Part shown: positions 47,691-58,400 of the stretch, piece after piece | Layout of the letters: every line of letters begins with the position of its first letter | Position numbering within the stretch: position 1 is the stretch's first letter | NCBI GenBank assembly: GCA_020137815.1 | Contig: CM035358.1 | Span: 7,130,001 to 7,194,000, forward strand | DNA length: 64,000 bases | Reading direction: 5' to 3' | Source of the DNA: Hormiphora californensis | Taxonomy: Eukaryota; Animalia; Ctenophora | The notes under the pieces: generated by a model | Seen by the model: the letters and a program-made list of their open reading frames with translations, nothing else | Database searches by the model: none | Told to the model about the DNA's origin: nothing | Made by a program: the position numbers and the translations under genes

Positions 47691-49696
47691 CTAGGGTAGA
47701 AAGGGGTAAAATGGCACACGGGGTAAAATGGCACATGTATGGGGTAAAAATGGTCTGATTCAGGTATCCTGTGACCAGGGAGATGGTTTGGAAGTTAAAA
47801 CGCGTATTTGGTTATGTGGCGATGTTAATTTTCACAACTGCCATTAGGTTTTGTATCCTTCTCTTCGGTTTTTCAAAACCCCATTGAGGAAAATGTCGAA
47901 TCAGTAAATAATGGTCCCTGATGGGGTAAAAGGTCACCTGACCAATGAAACGAGTTCGTGATTGGGTTAACATGGTTTTGACGGGTTGGTCCAGGACAGA
48001 ATTACTTGAATGAAAGCATGGACCAGTTACGAGTGGTCTAAACACCAAGCAACGTGTTCAGAACATGTACCTTATAACCCCATGAAAATCAAAAACCAGT
48101 TTTTAAGATATATGAATTTACAAATAAAATCAAAAAAATTAGGACACTAAAAAAACGTTTTCTTTAGACTATTAAATTTTTTTCTCTTCTTGTGTATAAT
48201 TGTACCTTTACCTTTAAAGTTAGAAAGGTGCGCAAAACCCCTTCTAGCCTAACAAGATTGGAGTAACCGCCGCCCATGTATTTTTATTTACAGTTTGTGA
48301 ATTGGAAAACAAGCCACTGTCATGGGGTTGTTGTATCATCCTAACGGCCATTCTTAAGTTTGGTGTTCACTCTCAGTTCGGTTTGTGCACAAGTGGAAGC
48401 ATTGAATCGCACTGGGTTAGTTTGGATCAAAAAGCATGTTTTTGAAGCCATGAACAATCTGTGTTGAACATTCACCATAGACGTTATGCGATAGCCTAGT
48501 TAATTATGAATTTCAAAAAAAAACAAGAGACGAACATTTTTTTAAATATTACTTCGGTTTCCTTCTTTGTCTTGGTACTTCCCCTTACTGAAAGACGTCG
48601 ACAAGACAGTCGAAACATCTCCTGCGCATTATTGAAATTGTAAATTGCAAAATCTACACATCATGGGGATTTGAAAAATCATGAACCGGCAATGTTCTTA
48701 AAGTTTGGTGAAAATATCACGTCTCAATGTTGTGTTTGAAACACAAGTTAGAAGCATGGGACCTTCACTAAAGTGTTCCTCGGATCAAAACAAACATGTT
48801 GGTGAAGGCCCCATGCTTCTAACTCATGTGTTTGAAGCATGCACGTGCAAGCCCGTGCATGCGCATTCCTAGTTAATTCTGAATTTCAAACACAACATTG
48901 AGACGTCATATTTTCACCAAACTTCGGTTTGTCTGTCTGTCTCTGGGACTCAATAGCTGAAGACGTCTGACATAGATCAGTCGAAAGCTCCTGTTCTTAA
49001 TTGAATATTAGTACTGCAAAATCGTTGTTTCTCTTTAATTGAACGAATGTTTTCCAACATTCTGAGCCTGACAACAACTGGTCCCTGATTGGCTGATAAC
49101 CAGTCACGTGACCTAAATAACGAGTTCTGATTGGTTGTTGTTATAGGAACGACTGTTTTCCAACATTCTGCCTGACAAAGGCCTGATTGGTGAAACCAGC
49201 ACGTGCCTAATCGGCGATTGGCTTGTAAGGACGCTGTTTCCCTTTTCTGAGCCTATTTTGACAAACAACGTGCGCCGTCGGGTGCTGCACCTAACGGATA
49301 GATATTATTTTCTCTATGTAACCTTGGTAAAACTCAGAAGGCAAAGATTAGAAGATTTAGTATATTTTAAAACGGGTCACACTAGGGGCTTTTGGTTTGG
49401 TTTTAAAATATGGAATGATTGGGGTTTTTTAAAGGAAAAAGATGGAAAAGTTACCTAATCCGAAGTCAAAATTTCATGATGAGGGTGATAAAGGGATAAT
49501 GAAATTTTCATATAGGGAAAAAAAAAAGGATCAATATTTCCCACAGAAGAGGGGCCTCATCAGACAGAGGGGATCAGCTTGAGAGGTTTTAATAAACCAC
49601 TCCCCCATGGTGTGATCCTTTAACAGAGAGATCAACTATAAACTTGAGCTTTTAGATTTTAATTCAGTTTCATCAACCACTCTTCCAAATATCGCG

Positions 49697-49733
<37 letters not shown>

Positions 49734-50128
49734 TGAGGCGTGTTGTTGAGCTGAGGGGTTGGGTTCCATTGTGGACTATAATTCCTTAAGGTTTATTATT
49801 CCAGGAGAATTAGTTAGAAGAATTCTTACTAAGAGAAACCAATTACCAACGCTTTTATCTGGCCGGTTTGTTAATTGTCTGTCGGTTTGTCTGTCTGTCT
49901 GTGCCATATACTATTTTTCAGTTGAATATCAATCACAATATGACATCGCCCCAACATTAGGTTAGTCGACAGTGTGATACTAAGGACAGAAAGAGAGAAG
50001 AAAAGAGAGAGAGGAGGGAGAGAGAGAGACGAGAGAGAGAGGAAGGGAGAGAGAGAGGAAAAGAAAAGAGGAAGAGAGAAGGAGAGAGAGGGGAAGAGGA
50101 GAGAGAGGGAGAGGAGGGGAAGAGAGAG

Positions 50129-50164
<36 letters not shown>

Positions 50165-51429
50165 AGAGGAGGAAGAGAGAGAGAGAGAGAGGAAGAGAGG
50201 AGGAAGAGAGAGAAAAGAGAGAGAAAAGGAGAGGAGAAAGGGGGGGATGTCCACCCAGTTACTGGGTTTAAATTTCGTTTTGGATTTAAACAGCTTCGTG
50301 GGGGAAAACGTCTATTTTCCCCAATCACCCCCAACTTTTTTCCTTTCACTGGCTCTGTGTTTTAAACTTCCTTGGGGTCCTACTGGTAGGAGAGAGGGAA
50401 TTTAACATTTAGATATTTTAGTGTTCATGTTGAGATCGAAAAGTAGTGTTACCAAAACATGTAATGGGAACCAAATTCTATGTTTTACTTTATTTTTATT
50501 TAAAACTTTCCCATCTTTCGACCATACACTGTTATGTAACTAGTAGTTGAACTACTGTAGTAGCCTACTGTCATCGGTCATTACACAATTGCACATTTCC
50601 TTTTAGTTTTTCAAGAGATAAAGGAACTTTAAATATAGATACTGTCGGACCCTGATTCACCGGGCCCCAATTTACCGTGAGGATAAACTTCCCCCGAACT
50701 AAGTATTTTGGCCCATTTTCACTAAAAATTTCAGATTTTCGAATTTTCTAATTAGCCATGTCATGTGATCTCTATCGAATCGTGAATGGAAACGTGGCGA
50801 CTAATCAGGGCGAGGAATCATATATCCTAGACGTCCCAAGAGCCATAGTAACGATACATGACCTATTCAACTAATCAAGTGTTGGGTAGAGTGGTAAAAA
50901 TCACACAGGTAGGTACCCTCCCAAATCATCGAGTGTTCCATTAGCAAATTAAATTAATTAAAAAAAAGTTAGCATGTAGAGATCGCGATACGTGATTTCT
51001 AAATCTAATGAGGTCACAGTCTATCGATAAACGTCTTGTATTTGAATCGATGATACGTGAGTCCTGATCACCGCTACACTGTCAGAGCATTGGCCTGACA
51101 GCCGCTACACATATTCACCGATTAATGGTCATACGGGTTTAATAAATTGTTGTTTGAGTGTTGGTACTAATATGCTAATCAATTGTATCATTGAAACTGC
51201 TTGTGAGCGTTAAAATTCGGTCAAAAATGCATCACCCCGATATACTATAGGTACCGGGTTGGCCACTTGATACCTGAGTGAGATCGACGTCGCGCGCGAC
51301 TGAGATCGATCTCACATACAGAGCGAGAATAGGTTGCAATGGAGCCAATATACCGGGCACCCCGATTTACCGGGAAAAATGTCTTCCCCCGTATTCTCAC
51401 TACAAGCAGCTTTGGATACACAACATCCC

Positions 51430-52282
51430 CTCATACTTACTTCTGGTTACTTCTGATGATTCGCCGCCGTTTACACTCCGACCGGGGTATCGCTTGCTTG
51501 CAACTCCCCGTCGTTCAGTCTCATGTCTAGTATAGAGTTCCTGGAGCTTCGTACATATCCCGTAACTGGGGGACAGTCCGAAAACGACGTCAGGTTAGGG
51601 TCACCACACACCAAAGTTAAAATTAAAATTAAAATTTGACGTTTTTGGTCATAACTCTGCCATTTCTTGGCAAAATTGCTTCATTTTGGGCTTGTTGGAA
51701 AGAGGGCATCGAGCCCGTTCTGAACAGCCCAAGAAACTTGAAATCGGCGCAAAGTGCGCGGCGTTAAGGCGCATAATGCGCGCGTTAAAATTTTAAAATT
51801 TTAACACACACATTTTGCACTGTAACGCCGCGCAATTTGCGCCGATTTCAAGTTTCTTGGGCTGTTCAGAACGGGCTCGATGCCCTCTTTCCAACAAGCC
51901 CAAAATGAAGCAATTTTGCCAAGAAATGGCAGAGTTATGACCAAAAACGTCAAATTTTAATTTTAATTTTAACTTTGGTGTGTGGTGACCCTAACTTGAC
52001 AGCTGAACTTTGAATACCTGGAACTCGTCAATTTGATTAAGTTTTGCAGGTAAACAGTTCCATAGTCGTGGTCCCATAACAGCAAAGGATCCGTCATATG
52101 CTGTCTGTTTGGCCATAGTGGACAGTTTGGTCAATTTGGGAACCACAGCTCGAACTCCAAGTCGGCCTCCAGTTGTGAACCTTATTTTGAGGTCATTGGA
52201 GACTAGGCCGTGCATGATCTTCCACATGTGGAGAATGGAGTATCTCTCTCTCCTGCGCTGCAGGGAGCTAAGGCCCAGATCT
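51430..52282 (-). pseudogene. 3' fragment of a CR1-group LINE split by a MITE
   Basis: …RRRERY…MWKIMHG…GPRLWNCLP…FKVQLSS|YLTSFSDCPPVTGY…NSILD; 3' (cagaagtaac)-type tandem. Confidence 0.75.
51598..51991. mobile_element. Palindromic MITE with ~170-bp perfect IR (PIF/Harbinger-like: GGG ends, TWA flanks)
   Basis: gggtcaccacacaccaaag…ctttggtgtgtggtgaccc, flanked by tta and taa. Confidence 0.85.
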
Positions 52283-52512
52283 TAATAAAATAACCCCCTC
52301 TCCCCCTCATCTAACTATACCCCTGTCATACTACCCCCTCACCTGAATAATATAATCCCTCATCCAACCCCCTGCCACGCCAGGTGAACAGGCTGTACAG
52401 AGGACAGGGAGAAAACACGTTAGAGCTTCTCCTAGCGACAAGGTAATTCTATCTCTCTCTCTCTGCCTGCTATGCGAGAGAGACGAGAGAAGAGAGACGC
52501 GAGCAGAACGAG

Positions 52513-52608
<96 letters not shown>

Positions 52609-52661
52609 ACGAGAGAGAGAGATCGAGATAGAGAGAGAATCTCTCTCTCTCTCTCTTTCTC

Positions 52662-52697
<36 letters not shown>

Positions 52698-53470
52698 TTC
52701 TCTCTCCCTCTCTCCCTCTCTCTAACTCTATTATATCTCGAATGGCACATGTGAGTTGTATCACGTGTGTTAGCTGAGAAATTATCCTACACATATCAAG
52801 TTACAGCAGTAGCTTCTCTTACTATCTCTGTTACAGTGTTACATTTGTTACTCATTGCTGACAGCTGACGTTGAAATACTCACATTCTCTGCTTCATATT
52901 CTATCTTTCTTTTTCTCACCAAGAAAATATAGTTTTGGCAGTTTATTTAGCCAGGATAAGTATCGGATAATTGTTTATGAGCCGCATGATAATAGTTTGT
53001 TGGGATGATATCTCCTTCCGGCTTGATCAATCAGGGACAAAATGAAATTACGGTGTTTTATTAAACGGAACAGTTTCGATGTTACAACATCTTCCTCAGC
53101 CTACAAAATTTGGAAAATTGGTTAAAAATTTATTTAGTATATGATATGTTTTGTAGTTTTTGTTGATCTGGTCTTTCCACTCCACAATCTCACCCTGCTA
53201 ACACTTTATAAATTATAATTGTTTATTAGCCGCATAATTGGTGAATACGTTTTGCGTTCTTCTACCCGTCTATCTTTTGTCCAGCCGGGCGGAAAAAACA
53301 AAACGCATTCACTATAATAACTCACTCAACAACCGATAACCCTAACCCTTTGTTGAGTAAGGGGGAAGGGTGTGACACTCTTCCCCCTTACTCAACAACT
53401 AACCCTGCAATAATATCCCTCCTCAGCAATAACGATCATTAATTAATTAATTAATTAATTGTTGATCATT

Positions 53471-54007
53471 ATGGCACGAACTTCCAATGAGATTGTGGGA
53501 TTCATTAGGACCTACCTGCCTGACGCCCTGGTGCTTCTGCCCTGTATTCTGTTGGTGGCACTGGTGAATCGGGCTGTTCATATCGACAATAAAGGTATGT
53601 GTGTGACAGTTGTCCTAACCCTCCTTTACATTTGTGTTTCGCGGGCGCGCTTATGTGCCAGTGGGTATTATAACCAGGTATCCCCTGACTACAATACACA
53701 GTGTTACGCACAGTACAATTCACAAAATGTTTCAGAGTGTAGTAAGGATGGTCTGGTCCTGTGGATTGTTATTGCTGTTTGCACCGTCCTGATAGCTCTG
53801 GAGAAGTACCAAGCAACCAAAAACTTCGGCTGTCTCTTTGTGTCCATTGTAGCTTACTTTCTGCTGCAACTGGCGATCCATTACGCCCCTCTTGGCTGTG
53901 TGTTGGATAGCAAAGGCAGTAAGGATTGGCTAGAGATTCTGCGGGCTGTCGTCTGTGGGCTCTTCTGTCTTCTCTACGGAATTCTGGCCTTCAAACAGAA
54001 GTTCTGA
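53471..54007 (+). CDS. Orphan multi-pass membrane protein A; exons 53471-53594 and 53736-54007 (141-nt intron is in frame and stop-free)
   Basis: Donor AAAG|gtatgt and acceptor tttcag|; homologous to paralog B (C..D.L…VC.VL..LEKY…C..) with the intron at the same position. Confidence 0.7.
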   Translation: MARTSNEIVGFIRTYLPDALVLLPCILLVALVNRAVHIDNKGMCVTVVLTLLYICVSRARLCASGYYNQVSPDYNTQCYAQYNSQNVSECSKDGLVLWIVIAVCTVLIALEKYQATKNFGCLFVSIVAYFLLQLAIHYAPLGCVLDSKGSKDWLEILRAVVCGLFCLLYGILAFKQKF

Positions 54008-54014
54008 GAAACTG

Positions 54015-54212
54015 TGAGAGAGAACGGTACTTTAAGTAAGAGAGAGAAGAGAGAACGGTACTTTAGTTAGGAGAGAGAAGAGAGAACGGTACTTTAAGTA
54101 AGAGAGAGAAGAGAGAACGGTACCTTAATTAGGAGAGAAAAGAGAGAACGGTACCTTAAGTAAGAGAGAGAGAGAGAGAGAGAGAGCAGAGAGAACGTTA
54201 CTTTAATTAGGA
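54015..54212. repeat. ~33-bp tandem repeat (gagagaacggtactttaagtaagagagagaa) just after the stop codon
   Basis: Direct. Confidence 0.85.
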
Positions 54213-55480
54213 ACTGCAATTGTATTTTATACTGTGTTACCTAACAGTGCTGCTTGCAGTCAAAATACGGTAACGCAAAATACAGTAAGGAGACGCGCAC
54301 GGTGCATAACGCGCGGCAAAAAGTTCATGTGTCAGCACTTACTAGCGCCCTGATTGGTCACGGTTGCGCGTCGTCTTACTGTATCTTCGTTTTCCATTAC
54401 CGTTTTCCCACTACAAGCGACCGTGTAATGAAGAATTTTTGTTAAATGAGACAATAAAATACATTTTTGGTAGCGTCATTAGTTTAGAGATTTGAATGAA
54501 TAACAACATTACTTAGTTACTTTATTCTTAAATCAGTATCTATTTTTAGCTCAAACTGAAAACTTTTTTTCACCAAAAAAACTTCCGGCTTTTAAACCAG
54601 AATAAGATTAGGTTCCACTTGTTGAGCTCAACAAAGTTCCACATCTTTAGTTTTACCACAGAGCGTGGTTAGTTAACCTAATGATTTGAAACCGGATATC
54701 TCACACTGTGAAATTCTCACAGAGCTGTGGACGATCTCTTTTTCTCCTTCCTTACTATCATGTGAGGCATTGCTTCCTCAACTTCCATCGTATGATTGCT
54801 TCAAGATGAACACAATTGCAGTTGGTGTCCCACAGCCAGGCCATTCAATTGATTTACTGCATGGTACTGCCCAATTGATAGCGATATTATAGCTTGTTGT
54901 TATATGGTAAACTTGGGTAAAGGGAACCACGCATGGTATAAACCATGTGATCGGGGTATTGACTATTGACACAGCCGCCCCCCACAACACATTTACACAC
55001 AACCGGACCTCACATTTCACAATTACACTGATGATGGAGAATGTGTCAAAGCTGTCGTGATGGTGCAATGTTATTACAGCTATTTTGGGGCGAACCAAGC
55101 GTTACCCCCCGACACTATAATGTGGTCATGCCCCCACATACACGCAATCTTTGTTGATGTTGTGTGGTTAAGATCAACATCAAAACACAAATACCACCAC
55201 TAGGTCTCTTTATTACAGCTGCAGTGTTGTCTTGGTACTATAGTAGCAGCTGATATCACTGGCTGGAGGGGTTGAGCCTCAAACTTTACAATACAGCCAA
55301 TAATTTAGTAGTTTTTGAAATGCTTTATTAATCTTGTACTTTTATTTTTCTACTGTGTATCAACTGCACACTGTAGTGCACAGGACTCATTTCAATTAAA
55401 CTTCGATTGTTCAAAAGATTTATTCCAATTCCATGCATATTGTTGTCACCCCTTACTCAACAAATAATTTGTGACAGATC

Positions 55481-58400
55481 ATGGCTCGGTATGCTAAAGT
55501 CAGTGATGCTAACCGCGAGAGGTTTAACGGATTAGCGGCCTGGTTCCCCAACCCCCTGGCTCTCGTCATGGCTATCTTCGTGTGTGCTGCGGTTTGGAGA
55601 ATCATGGGAATCGTGATTGGAAAAGATGAGGGTGAGTCTTTTTAGGAATCGTGATCGGAAAAGACGAGGGTGAGTCTTTTTAGGAATCGTGATCGGAAAA
55701 GATGAGGGTGAGTCTTTTTAGGAATCGGAAAAGATGAGGGTGAGTCTTTTTAGGAATCGTGATAGGAAAAGATGAGGGTAAGTCTTTTTAGGAATCGTGA
55801 TAGGAAAAGATGAGGGTGAGTCTTTTTAGGAATCGTGATCAGAAAAGATGAGGGTGAGTGATCTTTTTAGGAATCGTGATCGGAAAAGATGAGGGTGAGT
55901 CTTTTTAGGAATCGTGATCGGAAAAGATGAGGGTGAGTCTTTTTAGGAATCGTGATCGGAAAAGATGAGGGTGAGTCTTTTTAGGAATCGTGATCGGAAA
56001 AGATGAGGGTGAGTCTTTTTAGGAATCGTGATCGGAAAAGATGAGGGTGAGTCTTTTTAGGAATCGTGATCGGAAAAGATGAGGGTGAGTCTTTTTAGGA
56101 ATCGTGATCGGAAAAGATAAGGGTGAGTCTTTTTAGGAATCGTGATCTGAAAAGATGAGGGTGAGTCTTTTTATGAATCGTGATCGGAAAAGATGAGGGT
56201 GAGTCTTTTTAGGAATCGTGATCGGAAAAGACGAGGGTGAGTCTTTTTAGGAATCGGAAAAGATGAGGGTGAGTCTTTTTAGGAATCGTGATCGGAAAAG
56301 ATGAGGGTGAGTCTTTTTAGGAATCGTGATCGGAAAAGATGAGGGTGAGTCTTTTTAGGAATCGTGATCGGAAAAGATGAGGGTGAGTCTTTTTAGGAAT
56401 CGTGATCGGAAAAGATGAGGGTGAGTCTTTTTAGGAATCGTGATCGGAAAAGATGAGGGTGAGTCTTTTTAGGAATCGTGATCGGAAAAGATGAGGGTGA
56501 GTCTTTTTATGAATCGTGATCGGAAAAGATGAGGGTGAGTCTTTTTAGGAATCGTGATCGGAAAAGATGAGGGAGAGTCTTTTTATGAATCGTGATCGGA
56601 AAAGATGAGGGTGAGTCTTTTTAGGAATCGTGATCGGAAAAGATGAGGGTGAGTCTTTTTATGAATCGTGATCGGAAAAGATGAGGGTGAGTCTTTTTAG
56701 GAATCGTGATCGGAAAAGATGAGGGTGAGTCTTTTTAGGAATCGTGATCGGAAAAGATGAGGGTGAGTCTTTTTAGGAATCGTGATTGGAAAAGATGAGG
56801 GTGAGTCTTTTTAGGAATCGTGATAGGAAAAGATGAGGGTGAGTCTTTTTAGGAATCGTGATCGGAAAAGATAAGGGTGAGTCTTTTTAGGAATCGTGAT
56901 CGGAAAAGATGAGGGTGAGTCTTTTTAGGAATCGTGATTGGAAAAGATGAGGGTGAGTCTTTTTATGAATCGTGATCGGAAAAGATAAGGGTGAGTCTTT
57001 TTAGGAATCGTGATAGGAAAAGATGAGGGTGAGTCTTTTTAGGAATCGTGATCGGAAAAGATAAGGGTGAGTCTTTTTAGGAATCGTGATCGGAAAAGAT
57101 GAGGGTGAGTCTTTTTAGGAATCGTGATCGGAAAAGATGAGGGTGAGTCTTTTTAGGAATCGTGATCGGAAAAGATGAGGGTGAGTCTTTTTAGGAATCG
57201 TGATTGGAAAAGATGAGGTTGAGTCTTTTTAGGAATCGTGATCGGGTATAAGATGAGGGTGAGTCTTTTTAGGAATCGGAAAAGATGAGGGTGAGTCTTT
57301 TTAGGAATCGTGATCGGAAAAGATGAGGGTGAGTCTTTTTAGGAATCGTGATCGGAAAAGATAAGGGTGAGTCTTTTTAGGAATCGTGATCGGAAAAGAT
57401 GAGGGTGAGTCTTTTTAGGAATCGGAAAAGATGAGGGTGAGTCTTTTTAGGAATCGTGATCGGAAAAGACGAGGGTGAGTCTTTTTAGGAATAGTGATCG
57501 GAAAAGATGAGAGTGAGTCTTTTTAGGAATCGGAAAAGATGAGGGTGAGTCTTTTTAGGAATCGTGATTGGAAAAGATGAGGGTGAGTCTTTTTATGAAT
57601 CGTGATCGGAAAAGATGAGGGTGAGTCTTTTTAGGAATCGTGATCGGAAAAGATAAGGGTGAGTCTTTTTAGGAATCGTGATCGGAAAAGATGAGGGTGA
57701 GTCTTTTTATGAATCGTGATCGGAAAAGATGAGGGTGAGTCTTTTTAGGAATCGTGATCGGAAAAGATAAGGGTGAGTCTTTTTAGGAATCGTGATCGGA
57801 AAAGATGAGGGTGAGTCTTTTTAGGAATCGGAAAAGATGAGGGTGAGTCTTTTTAGGAATCGTGATCGGAAAAGACGAGGGTGAGTCTTTTTAGGAATCG
57901 TGATCGGAAAAGATGAGGGTGAGTCTTTTTAGGAATCGGAAAAGATGAGGGTGAGTCTTTTTAGGAATCGTGATCGGAAAAGACGAGGGTGAGTCTTTTT
58001 AGGAATCGTGATCGGAAAAGATGAGGGTGAGTCTTTTTAGGAATCGTGATCGGGTATAAGATGAGGGTGAGTCTTTTTATGAATCGTGATCGGAAAAGAT
58101 GAGGGTGAGTCTTTTTAGGAATCGTGATCGGAAAAGATGAGGGTGAGTCTTTTTATGAATCGTGATCGGAAAAGATGAGGGTGAGTCTTTTTAGGAATCG
58201 TGATCGGAAAAGATGAGGGTGAGTCTTTTTAGGAATCGTGATCGGAAAAGATGAGGGTGAGTCTTTTTAGGAATCGTGATCGGAAAAGATAAGGGTGAGT
58301 CTTTTTAGGAATCGTGATCGGAAAAGATAAGGGTGAGTCTTTTTAGGAATCGTGATCGGAAAAGATGAGGGTGAGTCTTTTTAGGAATCGTGATCGGAAA

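Noticed and set aside
47800-49500. Degenerate duplicated segments and garbled MITE copies (also 140-545 and 6390-6750)
   Set aside because: They look like decayed TE or low-quality consensus sequence; no supportable feature.
54686-55260. Possible third gene between the membrane paralogs
   Set aside because: Only short ORFs with stops; no consistent splice model or homology.
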